Source of the DNA: an uncultured delta proteobacterium
Lineage (GTDB): Bacteria; Desulfobacterota; Desulfobacteria; Desulfobacterales; JAFDCJ01
Reading direction: 5' to 3'
NCBI GenBank assembly: GCA_963769935.1
Contig: CAVYNY010000010.1
Location: forward strand, 704,001-768,000
DNA: 64,000 nt
Shown: positions 51,735 through 62,780 of the stretch, piece by piece
How positions within the stretch are numbered: position 1 is the stretch's first letter
Layout of the letters: each line of letters starts with the position of its first letter
Notes under the pieces: model-generated
Databases searched by the model: none
Told to the model about the DNA's origin: nothing
What the model saw: only the letters and a program-made list of their open reading frames with translations
Translations under genes and position numbers: made by a program

Positions 51735-51830
51735 AAAAAAATTAAAATTTTTATTTGATTTAAGCTTTTTCTTAATTGGACACGGATAAACACGGATTGC
51801 ACAGATATATTTTCGGGGATCAGAGGCGGC

Positions 51831-51907
51831 TAAGCAACGTATCGTAAGGGCGGGCTTTACGCCCGTCCGGACTGGGTACATAATCCTGAAAATTGCTCAA
51901 TTCAGGT
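51831..51907 (+). repeat. GTAG-type REP-containing element, copy 2
   Basis: TAAGCAACGTATCGTAAGGGCGG...TCAATTCAGGT; matches 14422-14497. Confidence 0.75.
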
Positions 51908-51933
51908 AGGCGTTAAACCTGGAGATTTAGATA

Positions 51934-52653
51934 TTGAGAAATTTAACCCATAAAGGCGTCGAACAATTTCGCAAATATCTGGCTGAACTCCGGCAGGGTT
52001 CTCAAAATCCACCACCCTACGGCCTGTTGGAGAATCCGGAATTTTCAGCTCCGCTCGAGGGGGATGCCGGAATCGAGCAGCGAACTTTCGGGACCCGGCT
52101 GCAGCTGGCGCAGTATCTGGCCGAAGTGCTGGACGGAGCTGAAAATGACGGCCTGGAAAGCGATATCGGCCTGTGGAGCTGGCTGTCCCTGTTTTATTTC
52201 GACCAGGTGTGCCCGGCGGAGGAAAACGGCCTGCGCAAGCCCGGCCGGGACTATCGCCATATCCTGGAACCGGGCTATCCCAACGGTCATCGCCACCTGC
52301 TGGCCGGCGCCTGGCTGGTCTACTCGGTATACGGCCTGGGGGATGAACTGAGCAGGCTGCTGTTGTGGACCCCGCTGCATCTGGAAAGCAAGTTTCATCA
52401 TGAACTTGCAGTCAGGCAAACCCTGATTACGAATAAGGGTATTCTGGAGGCCGCCGATAAAATGTATTTCCGGGAATCGGAGGGCCATCCCCACAAAGGG
52501 GCGCTGGTGAAAAAACAGGTCCCGGGGACCTTGCAGCGGTTTATCGATGTCGTCCAGCAGCTGGATCTGACCTACGACCTGTACAGCATGCGCGGGGAGG
52601 AAATCCTCGCGCTGCTCCCGCCTGAATTTGATAAATGGAAAATAAGGCCATAA
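51934..52653 (+). CDS. Hypothetical protein, third gene of the GHKL operon
   Basis: 239-aa ORF, TTG start with GGAG RBS; no family recognised. Confidence 0.8.
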   Translation: MRNLTHKGVEQFRKYLAELRQGSQNPPPYGLLENPEFSAPLEGDAGIEQRTFGTRLQLAQYLAEVLDGAENDGLESDIGLWSWLSLFYFDQVCPAEENGLRKPGRDYRHILEPGYPNGHRHLLAGAWLVYSVYGLGDELSRLLLWTPLHLESKFHHELAVRQTLITNKGILEAADKMYFRESEGHPHKGALVKKQVPGTLQRFIDVVQQLDLTYDLYSMRGEEILALLPPEFDKWKIRP

Positions 52654-52942
52654 ATTCACCGACAAGATTCAACGCGACTTCCGAGGCCGTGTTTGGAATA
52701 AGTGGCCGCTGCGTGGCCGTTGTTGGAGCAGGATGGGGCGGCAAAGTAAATTCTAATCCAGCTGCATCAGAAGGTTTTGTGAGACAATAAAATCTCAAAT
52801 TTCAATTCAGCAGGTAATTTTCGCAAAATCAGTCCCGCCATCGCGAGCTCAGGCGAGGTAAACCGGATTCTCGATACCCTGCTGCTAAACGCCTATTCCC
52901 CCCCTCTATTTCACGGTTAACGCATCAATGGGGTTGTTGATG

Positions 52943-53027
52943 TATTATCCGCTCAAGATTTTTTTGAATTGCACCGATATAGCGATTTACAGACCTGAAT
53001 GATCTATCTTTCAGGACGGATTAATTA
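52943..53027 (+). mobile_element. Degenerate copy 4 of the 97-bp MITE
   Basis: Right end CCTGAATGATCTATCTTTCAGGACGGATTAATTA resembles copy 1; left end decayed (TATTATCCGC). Confidence 0.55.
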
Positions 53028-53059
53028 ATGCGCCAAATACATCAATTCCAGGAGCAAAA

Positions 53060-53749
53060 ATGCAAGATTACCGTAGATTAGATTTCCTTTCAAAGGTCAA
53101 ATCAAATTTGAAACTTGTGGCTGCCTTTCTGGCCGTTGGCTTCTCCGTTCTGTCCGGCTGCTCACATACACATACCGTGCAGGTTCTGATTCCACCTCAA
53201 ATGGACCTTGCGCCCTATCGCATCATCGGCGTAGTCGAATTTTCCACGAATGGTGAACCCGAGTTAGGTCAATATTTGACGCAGAACTATCTGCAGGCCG
53301 TTCAGAACGGCCAGCCGGAAGTGCGCTTTCTGGAATTGGGCAGCCGGGACCTGGTGTTGTCGAAAGTCAGTCGCGGGCAGCTCGATTATGAAGCCGTCAA
53401 GTCGATCGGCCGGATCTACAAGGTCGACGCCGTCATGTTCGGGCAATTGAATCTATCCGAACCCAAACCCAATATTCGTGTGTCATCGACGTGGCAGTCA
53501 GTGAACGCGGGTGCTTCTGTTGAGGCAGCCCTCATAACAAAACTATGGGAGAGCGACAGCGGCGTCGTCCGCTGGACGAATTCCAGCCAGGGCCGGGACA
53601 CCATCGCGCGCTTGAGTGCGAGCACCAGCGGCAACTTTCATTTTGGCGCCAAGGACCCCGAAGAGACCTACGGCAGACTTGTTTCGCAGCTTGTCTATGC
53701 CAATACCGGGGACTTCCGGGCCCATTATGAAAACCGCAGAGTGAAGTAG
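53060..53749 (+). CDS. Lipoprotein, possibly CsgG/TolB-N-like fold
   Basis: Lipobox LSGC; IGVVEF, KSIGRIYKVDAVMFG, SGVVRW pattern. Confidence 0.7.
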   Translation: MQDYRRLDFLSKVKSNLKLVAAFLAVGFSVLSGCSHTHTVQVLIPPQMDLAPYRIIGVVEFSTNGEPELGQYLTQNYLQAVQNGQPEVRFLELGSRDLVLSKVSRGQLDYEAVKSIGRIYKVDAVMFGQLNLSEPKPNIRVSSTWQSVNAGASVEAALITKLWESDSGVVRWTNSSQGRDTIARLSASTSGNFHFGAKDPEETYGRLVSQLVYANTGDFRAHYENRRVK

Positions 53750-53774
53750 GCCGTGCAGGAAGGAAAATCAGCTT

Positions 53775-53865
53775 GTGGGAGGGGCTTTCCCTTCGGGCCG
53801 GAAGCAAGCCACGATTTCAGGTGTTGGCCTCACCGAATCAATCGCGGCTGGAAAGCCGCTCCCAC
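53775..53865. repeat. Inverted pair of GTGG-type REPs
   Basis: GTGGGAGGGGCTTTCC...GGAAAGCCGCTCCCAC. Confidence 0.75.
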
Positions 53866-54117
53866 ACTATACAATATAAGCTGAACAGAATTGATTGTTC
53901 CTGGATGCCGGCCGGCAACGGCCTCGTAAAAAAGACGGTCTTGCACCTTCCCCTCTACCCCTCTTATGCACTTATTCAGATTCAGGCAGCGTTGAAGGAA
54001 AGTTCCCCCTTCTTAAGTCTTTGCGGCATTTTTCTACCGCTTGTAATACTTTTTTGTTTACAATGTTGCCAAATTATCAATATCTAATATATCAATCAAT
54101 TTCCCGGAGGTTAACCA

Positions 54118-56571
54118 ATGAAAGCATACGAAAAGCTCGGGGCTTTTTATATCGGCAAATTGTACGACATGGCCTCCCAACAGCTTAAAGACGATCTCGT
54201 GCTCTATGATTCCAAGGATCTCAACACCCACGCCGTCATCATCGGCATGACCGGCAGCGGCAAGACCGGCCTGGCAATTGCATTGCTGGAAGAGGCCTTG
54301 ATTGACCATATTCCCGTAATCGCCATCGATCCCAAAGGCGATCTGCCCAATTTGCTGCTGACCTTTCCCCACTTGCAGGCCGACGATTTTCGCCCCTGGA
54401 TCAACGAGCAGGACGCACTCTACGCCGGTCTCAGCCCGGATCAGTTTGCCGCCCAACAGGCGGCCCTATGGCAAGAAGGACTGGCAAGCTGGGACCAGGA
54501 TGGCGAGCGCATTGCCCGCCTGAAGGCCGGTGCCGATTTTACCGTCTACACACCGGGCAGCAGTTCCGGAACACCGGTCAGCGTCCTGCGAAACTTTGCC
54601 CCCCCGGCCGCCGACATCATGGAGGAAAAAGACCTGCTGCGCGAGCGGATTCAGAGTACGGTCACCGCCCTGCTGGCCTTGCTGGGTATTGAGGCCGATC
54701 CCATCACCAGCCGGGAGCACATCCTGTTGTCCAATATCATTGAGTCTTCATGGGCGGCGGGCAAAGGGCTGGATCTGGCCGGCATGATCCGCGCCGTCCA
54801 GACGCCGCCGTTCGAGCGCATCGGCATTATGGATCTGGAAGCGTTCTACCCTCCCAGGGACCGTTTTGAACTGGCCATGCGCTTGAACAACCTGCTGGCC
54901 GCACCGGGATTCGAGGCCTGGATGGAAGGCGACCCCATCAATATCGGCCGCCTGCTTTACAGCGATCAGGGCCGGCCCCGGGCGTCGATTTTTTCCATCA
55001 GTCACCTGGCGGATTCGGAAAGGATGTTTTTCGTCTCGGTGCTCTTAAACGAAATTCTGGCCTGGATGCGGACCCAACCCGGCACCACCAGCCTGCGGGC
55101 CGTTTTATATATGGATGAAATCTTCGGCTACTTTCCGCCGGTTAAAAATCCACCCTCCAAGGCACCGCTTCTCACACTGCTCAAACAGGCCCGCGCCTTT
55201 GGGCTCGGGATTGTGCTTGCCACGCAAAACCCGGTGGACCTGGATTACAAGGGACTTTCCAATACGGGCTCCTGGTTCATCGGTCGTCTGCAAACCGAAC
55301 GGGACAAAGCCAGGGTGCTGGAAGGGCTTGAAGGTGCCGCTGCCGGCACCGGGTTCAATCGGGCCGGGATGGAGGAGATTCTGGCCGGTCTGGGCCGGCG
55401 CGTGTTTTTGCTTAACAATGTCCATGAAAACCGGCCGGTTACTTTTCAGACGCGCTGGGCACTGTCCTATCTGCGGGGTCCCATGACCCGCGAACAGATT
55501 AAAAAACTGACTGCCGACAGCAATACTTGGGCCGCACAGGCAGCTTCACCGGCGCCGGAAGATACATCCGCCGTGTTGAAAGCCCCCGTTACGGCAGCCC
55601 CGGCTGCCCGACCGGAACCGCTCTTAAACAAGCCGCCGGTCATGCCGCCGGATCTCAAGGCTTTTTATCTGCCGGCCTCCGGCGGCGGCCAGGGACTCGA
55701 GTATCGACCGGCGGCGGTCGGCTGGGTCGAAGTCCACTATTCCAGCGCCGGCTATAACCTGTCCACCTCCGCCAAGCTGGCCCTGGCCGCCATGCTGGAG
55801 GAAGGGCCGGTGCCACTGGATTGGGACCTGGCCCAGCAAATCGCCCTGGATCCGGCTGATCTGGAAACCGAGCCCCTGGCCGGGTCAAGTTTCGCCGAAC
55901 TGCCGGCGACAGCTAAAAATGCGAAAAATTATAACAAGTGGGCCAAGGATTTTATGCGCTGGGTTCGTCAGAATCGCCCGCTGGTCATTTATAACTCCCA
56001 ACGTTTCGGGTTGTCCAGCAGCCCAAGGGAATCCAAGCCCGAATTTTTGGCGCGCCTGTCCCAGGCCGCACGGGAAAAGCGCGATCTGGAAGTCGAGAAA
56101 CTGCGCAGCAAATACAGCCCTAAATTCAACACCCTAAACAATCGCCTGATGCGGGCCGAGCAGGCTGTCAGGCGTGAAAAGGAACAGGCCCAGTCAAGTA
56201 AAATTCAAACGGCAATTTCCTTCGGCACCGCGATTCTCGGTGCGTTCATGGGACGCAAAGCCGTCAGCGCCGGCTCTGCCTCACGCTTCGGCACCGCCAT
56301 GCGATCCGCCAGTCGCATACGCAAGGAGTCCATGGATATCGACCGGGCCCAGGAGACGCTCGACGCCACCCGCCGGCAGCTGGAAGAACTCGACAAGCAG
56401 TTCCAGGAGGATGTTGAAGGCACCGAAGCCGCTTTTGACCCTGAAAGGGAGGCCATCCGGGAAGTTCTCGTCAAACCGAATACCAGCGACCTGGCACTGG
56501 CGTTCTTTGGCCTGGTCTGGCTGCCCTACCGCAGGGATGCGAGCGGCCGGTCGGCCCCGGACTGGTTATAA
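54118..56571 (+). CDS. HerA/FtsK-like P-loop ATPase (DUF87/DUF853-like) with a C-terminal coiled coil
   Basis: Walker A GMTGSGKT, IDPKGD, Walker B LYMDE, QARAFG, LATQNPVDLDYK; GGAGG RBS. Confidence 0.9.
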   Translation: MKAYEKLGAFYIGKLYDMASQQLKDDLVLYDSKDLNTHAVIIGMTGSGKTGLAIALLEEALIDHIPVIAIDPKGDLPNLLLTFPHLQADDFRPWINEQDALYAGLSPDQFAAQQAALWQEGLASWDQDGERIARLKAGADFTVYTPGSSSGTPVSVLRNFAPPAADIMEEKDLLRERIQSTVTALLALLGIEADPITSREHILLSNIIESSWAAGKGLDLAGMIRAVQTPPFERIGIMDLEAFYPPRDRFELAMRLNNLLAAPGFEAWMEGDPINIGRLLYSDQGRPRASIFSISHLADSERMFFVSVLLNEILAWMRTQPGTTSLRAVLYMDEIFGYFPPVKNPPSKAPLLTLLKQARAFGLGIVLATQNPVDLDYKGLSNTGSWFIGRLQTERDKARVLEGLEGAAAGTGFNRAGMEEILAGLGRRVFLLNNVHENRPVTFQTRWALSYLRGPMTREQIKKLTADSNTWAAQAASPAPEDTSAVLKAPVTAAPAARPEPLLNKPPVMPPDLKAFYLPASGGGQGLEYRPAAVGWVEVHYSSAGYNLSTSAKLALAAMLEEGPVPLDWDLAQQIALDPADLETEPLAGSSFAELPATAKNAKNYNKWAKDFMRWVRQNRPLVIYNSQRFGLSSSPRESKPEFLARLSQAAREKRDLEVEKLRSKYSPKFNTLNNRLMRAEQAVRREKEQAQSSKIQTAISFGTAILGAFMGRKAVSAGSASRFGTAMRSASRIRKESMDIDRAQETLDATRRQLEELDKQFQEDVEGTEAAFDPEREAIREVLVKPNTSDLALAFFGLVWLPYRRDASGRSAPDWL

Positions 56572-56801
56572 ATAGCCCACTTCAAGATCCCCGATTTTTT
56601 AATGATCGCCGTAGTCTTCAGGAGGAGTTATCTAATTTATTCGCAACTTTTATTCCGATAATAAGAAATCTCTTCATTCAATGAGCCAAGGGGTCAATTA
56701 AAAGCAACTTGTTATTTTATGCACTCGGCTTTAGGTCAGATTTGTTTGATCCGAGGCTGTCAACATCATTGAAAAACGTTCAGGACGACACAGCAGCCGT
56801 A

Positions 56802-57773
56802 TCAGCCACATGTTTGAACGTTAACCACCAATGCCATATCCGAATTTTCTATGTTGTTTTTGTCAAATTGCCACATCCAGATGGAACTCTTGTACCAAAT
56901 AATTCTCTGCGGCCAGCAATAATCCGTGAGCAGAAAAATTACAGCCAGGACTATTCTCTCCACATTCCACTTAAACCGATGTGTACCAAAATGAGTCGGC
57001 TCCAACACAGAGGTCATGTAATAGTCCATGGTCGTATCCAATCGATGTTCCAATTCGAAGTATTCCTTGGCGTTCTTAACAAGTTGGTCTGTTTCGCCAT
57101 CCGGATAATATCCGCTATGAAAGGTATCCAGCAGGTAAATATAATACATGGTTTTGAGTTTCTTGATGCTCATCTTTTGCCGGAGAATATTTCGTCTTTG
57201 ATGAAGGCAAGATATGAAAACCTTTTGCGATTTGCTATCGGGGCAAATCAGTTTGTACGCCAAAGAAAACATATCTGAATAAATTTCATCTTGAGCAGAG
57301 ATTTTTTCTCTGTATTTCATGGGGACATAATGTTCTACCGTATCCCAGAAGGTAACCGCATCAAATTTCCCATATAGTTTTTTACGCAATAGCTCATCTT
57401 TGTCGATATCTTTCCAATTTATTCATACTACATCCAGGCCTCTTGACCTGCAAACTTCAACCTGCACCCCTGTGATATTTATACCTACGACATTCATGCC
57501 TTTTAGGTGTAAATAATCCAACCAATCACCGCAGCCACAGCCTATATCTATCACCCACATGCCGGGCTCAAGATTCAACTTTTTGATTGCGTATTCGAAC
57601 TTGTCACTTTGTGCCTTTTCTCGCGATTTAAAATAATCGCCATTATAAAAATTAAAACCGTAATCAAGCCCTTGACCGAATAGCGAGTCATTAAAAAATG
57701 CACTAACCACATATCCACGTTGTATTCTTTTCTCCGGATTGAAGACTTCTTGCCATAGTGTATCATGGTTCAT
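56802..57773 (-). pseudogene. Cyclopropane-fatty-acid-synthase-like SAM methyltransferase interrupted by an in-frame TGA at 57423-57425
   Basis: AQSDKFEYAIKKLNLEPGMWVIDIGCGCG, GINITGVQV, then TGA, then in the same frame INWKDI...GKFDAVTFWDTVEHY. Confidence 0.7.
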
Positions 57774-58149
57774 ACCTATTGGTTAGCGAGGCCTACAAAA
57801 GGAATTATTGATTTTTAAAAATTAGGGCGAACCCCAGATGTTGGGGGCGGTCTTTTTCTCTGCAACCATTTGATACATTGAGAATAACCACGGTTCGGGC
57901 AAGGTTGGAATATCATCTACGTATCTGAAATTTGCTGATTTTCCATGTATTCTCAATATATCACCACCACCCGGAATTATCTTTTCGATTGACTAAACCT
58001 CATTAGATTCGTTATAAATCCCCTTCAGCTATTTCTGTTTCTCCTACCCCAGCGGACCTGAAGCGATTTTCTATTTCCAGAATCGAATCCGAATTCTCTT
58101 TAACTTCACATTTGACGTTAAATACATTGAATTTGTTAAGGTTTTTCGG

Positions 58150-61100
58150 ATGACATCCCAAATTGAAATCCCGGTAAAGATTACAAAACCAAGAATGGAT
58201 TTGACCTTGAATAGGGAAAGCCTGTTCGCTCTCCTGGATAAATATCGAGAATATCCAGTGATCTGGGTCGTCGGACCCGCAGGATCGGGAAAAACCTCGC
58301 TGGTATCAAGTTACATCGAACAAAGAAAAATTCCATATTTATGGTACAAGGTCGATGAAACCGACGCTGATGCCGCGAACGTATTTTTTTATCTTCGTCT
58401 TGGCGCGAAAACTGCCTCACTCCGAAAAAAATTTGGTCTTCCGCTGTTCACTCCGGAATATGCTTTGGGCCTTCCTGCATTTACGAGGCGATTTTTCGAA
58501 ATTCTGTTTGAAGAACTCGGAAAGCCTTTGATGCTTGTGTTGGATAATTTTCAGAAATCGGCGAAAGGTGCTCTGCCTGAAATCATCCGTAATGCACTAT
58601 CAGTTGTTCCCCAAGGCATAACGCTCGTTGTTATAAGCCGAACCAAACCGCCCCCGCAGATGGCACGCGCAATAGCTAACCAAAAAATGCAAATTGTGGG
58701 GTGGGAGGATCTTAAACTAAGCTTTGATGAAACCACATTGCTTGTAAAGCGAGTCCATCAAAAAGATCTTTCAAATTCGACGGTCCATAAACTCTATAAA
58801 AAAGTCGATGGTTGGATAGCAGGGCGAAATTTTTGTTGTCTCAAACGGATATAAAGAAGCTGCACCCACAAATTCTGCAATGTGATATCTGCAGATTATT
58901 TTTGATTATTTTGCAAACGAAGTGTTTGAAAATGTCCCTGAAGAAATCCAAAATTTTCTTGTGGCAACATCGATGCTCTCCCGATGTGGGTCGCGGAAAT
59001 GGCCCAGGCCTTAACCGGTCACAGTGAATCTGAAAACATCCTGGAAATGCTTTATTCGGATAATTTTTTTACATTCAAACACAGAGGCAATTCGGATTTT
59101 TATAATTACCATGCACTTTTTCGAGAGTTTCTTATTCCAAGGGCAAATAAACGGTTTTCGGCTGAGGTTCATACTAAATTAAAAAGCAGGGCCGCCACGT
59201 TATTGGAGTCTATCGGAGACATAGAGAATGCAGCAGCGCTTTACCGTCAGATTGGAGATGATACTAAATTCATAAATTTGATTTTGCGGAATACCCCAAA
59301 TCTATTGGAACAAGGTAGACATAAAACTGTTGAAGATTGGATAACAAGCTTGCCCGATAAGGCAGTTGATTCGAATTCGTGGTTACTGTACTGGTTGGGA
59401 AAGTGTAAAGTCGCCCTTCAAACCATCGCAAAGCCGTCCTATTTTCGAAAGAGCCTTAAAACAGTTTGAAGCCCACCAAGATCCTCAGGGAATTTTCCTT
59501 GCCCTGTCAGGCGTTTTCCAGTCGATAATCTATTCTTTCGATAAGTTTGACTTATTCGATCAGTGGATTCCAGAAGTTGAAAAATTCTGCCACAGTTACC
59601 CGGTTTTTCCATCGCAGCAAGTTGAGGCATTAATCACATCAGATATGCTGTACGCTTTTATGCTGAGACAAAGCAATCACCCCGACTTCTCAAGGTGGGA
59701 AAACAGGAGTTTAATGCTTATCGAGAACAATCTTTCATTGCGGCTTAAAATGCAGTTGTTACTTCCCCTTTTATAACATCGAATTTTTTCCGGAAAATTG
59801 GCAGATGCCCGAAACATTATCGAAATACTTGATGGTTTAATTTCATCTCTCAATGAATCTCTCATTGGTTGAAATTACAATGGGTGACGCCAAAGCACTT
59901 TTTAATTGGCTAATTACTCGGGTTCAACGCTTGTAAAAAATTCGTCAACAAGTCGATAGACTTGGCTTTAAACAATGGTATCCACACATTGTCTTTATTT
60001 TTAAATGGTCACAATGTGGCAAGATTGCTAAGTTGTGGGGAAAATTCTAAAGCCGATAAAATCTTAAAGTCGATAAAAGCAGATCTGAGCCAAATGGGAG
60101 CTTGGAATAAAAAATACTACCATTATCTTTGTCTATGGAGAGCCCTCATTGCCAGGGACTTGGATGAAGCGGAAGCTCAATCCAGGCTCGCTTTAGCTCA
60201 TGGTGAAATCGCCGGTATGCCGCAGACGATGGCAATTGCCTGCTGGGGCAGAGCTATTGTCTTGCAACTAGAGGGAAAAGAACAAACTGCAGTAAAAATG
60301 TTAGCGGATGCCTTAGATCTTTGCGAAATATATGACATTCGCCAGGTTAAATTTGGCTGTCTGCTCACAGAAGCCCGATTTGCGTTCGATCGGGACGATC
60401 GGCCAGCTGGTTTGAACGCGCTGCAGCGAGCATTTTCGGTGGCAAGCCAGAATTCCTATTACAACACCTATTTCTGGAGACAGGATGATATCGCGGACTC
60501 TCGAAAAAGCACTTGAGGCCGGTATCTGCGAAAATCACATGAGAAATTCATCTGCAGACGACGTCTTTATCCGCCGGATAATTACATTCATTTGGTAAAT
60601 TGGCCGTGGCCCATCCGGATATTCACGCTTGGACGGTTGGAAATCCAAACGAATGGAACACCGCTGAAATTTAAAAGCAAAGCCCCTAAAAAGCCCCAGC
60701 ACCTGCTCAAGACCGTGGCAGCTCTTGGCGGCCGCGAAGTGTCCAATGATCTTATCCTTGACGCACTATGGCCGGAGCTGGATGGCGATGCAGCGCACAG
60801 CGCGTTTACGAGCTGTTTGCACCGCTTGAGAAAACTGCTGGATAATGAACAAGCCATTCGAGTTCAGGATGGAAAAATCTCTTTTAATAGCAAAATTTGC
60901 TGGCTTGACCTTTGGCCATATGAGAAATTGATCCGCCAGGCGGAGTCCCTCTGGTTGGATACAACCGATAAAAATGGGAGCTCAGAGGCTGTTAAACTTA
61001 CCAGAAAAAATCATGGCTCAATACAATGGAGTTTTCCTGCCCGATGATTCCAGTGCCTCTGGATGATTACCCATGCGTGAAGGCCTCACCAGCAATTTCT

Positions 61101-61424
61101 GGTTGCCTTCGACCCCTAATCCAAAATTACGAAGCTGCCCAAAAGTGGGATAAAGCTGTATTGGCCTTTACTCGGGGCATCGATGTCGATCCTCTGGCCG
61201 AGGATTTTTACCGTGGCCTGATGCGCTGTTTTCAACGACTCAAGCGACCATCGGAAATCATATCAACCTACCGTATCTGTCAAACCAATCTGTCCACTCA
61301 CGCCGGCCTGAAACCATCTCAGGAAACGGTCGATCTTTTCACTTTTCGCTCATTTAGCTGTTGGCTGTATCCACACTGTTATCAACTATTTCCCCAAATA
61401 GTTAGATCTACAGATTTGATATAG
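58150..61424 (+). CDS. MalT-like ATP-dependent regulator (STAND ATPase, TPR, C-terminal winged helix and BTAD), split by many frameshifts or stops
   Basis: GPAGSGKTSLV, LVLDNF, VISRTKP, YNYHALFREFL, IFTLGRLEI, LWPELDGDAA...LHRLRKLL, DPLAEDFYRGLMRC. Confidence 0.82.
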
Positions 61425-61606
61425 TCATTATCCCGCCGACGACCCATTCAACATTTTTTTGCTATCAGTGACCGATCTGTGACCCCCGCGATGCTAAACA
61501 TTTAATCCGATCGAGCTTATTTTTCGAAGCTAAAACGAATTGAGATGGCGGCAAATCTTTACCGGTTGCCGATTCAAGTTCTTACAATCCTTGGTGAGAT
61601 AGGCCA

Positions 61607-62468
61607 ATGGATAGAGAAATATCAATTGACCGATTGCATGCGTCATCGCAAGCAAGGGAAAAAATCAATGCATTTAGTTACTTGGAGCTACCTATCAAAT
61701 GCCCGATAATCATCTCTCTTACCATTTTCCTCTCATTTGTCGCTTCAACCGTTACAGCCCGCCAAAGCATATTTTATCCAAATTTCGAAGTCTGTATTAA
61801 TTATGCGGATAGAGAAGATATTGAACTTGCATTAGGTGCCGTCCAAAAAACATACGATTTTTTTATGTCTATCGGATATTCAAAAAAATACCCTCTGTGG
61901 ATTTTTTTTCAGGAAAAGGTTGAGATTGAAACTGTGACCGGTGAGTTAATTCGTGTATACGGCAAGCTCAACAAGGATAATCAAATTTATTTAACCGATT
62001 GGAATGAACCCTGGCTGACCAAACAAAACCCATATGGTTTGCAAATGAACAAGGATTTTTACGAAAGTTTAATTCCTCAGAAATTGCACATTTTATTGCT
62101 GAAAAAATCGTCGGCCGCAAAATCGAAAACACCCTTTCCGAATATATCGCCTACGTTGTTCAGCTATCACGGAAGTACCGCCCACTATGCGGCAGGAAAT
62201 TTTAGGCCAGCGTCACCTAACGGCCTTTAAAACCGAAGAAATCGATCTTGATATAATGCTGTTTGACCCCGTGATTTTTGGCTTCAAATCGTACCTTCAT
62301 TGCATGCAGAGCAGGGGACAATATCTGAAAGAAAGTGTCTGCAGCATCATCAGGGAACCCGACAGTATCGCTTACTGGCGATTTCGTCCGAGAATTATTT
62401 CGAATCTCAAGCGTGCAGCTAATCATGATTCTTTCAGCAGTTTCGTAAAACCCAATGATCACATATAG
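61607..62468 (+). CDS. Hypothetical exported protein, frameshifted
   Basis: Hydrophobic signal-like segment; overlapping fragments 61607-62230 and 62187-62468. Confidence 0.5.
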
Positions 62469-62780
62469 CTATTTTGCAGAAAAGGGAAAATGGCGGTCTC
62501 TCATCTCAACAAAGGGGGAAAACCAAATGAAAGCGGTCAACCTCAGTTTGCCTTCAATCGGAGAAATTGCGGAATCGATCAGAAATATCAAAAGTCCTTT
62601 TGGCTCTGGTATGAAAAATTGGCCTCATTTTGTGACCGGCACCTTACCGCCGATTGGATGGATAAAGTCCGTCAAGATCCTGATAAATGGCCTTATTATT
62701 AATCGCTTCTGCAGAACCACCATTTTTCTTCCTCGGCATATTTGGCCTCCATTATCTTTATGTTTAGGTTGCCTGGTGGC

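Noticed and set aside
54118..56571. Sir2-HerA or NurA-HerA system, or a conjugative VirB4/TraG
   Set aside because: No Sir2, NurA or T4SS genes nearby
57423..57425. Selenocysteine codon
   Set aside because: Not in a redox motif, the family is not a known selenoprotein, and the downstream sequence is AT-rich with no evident SECIS hairpin
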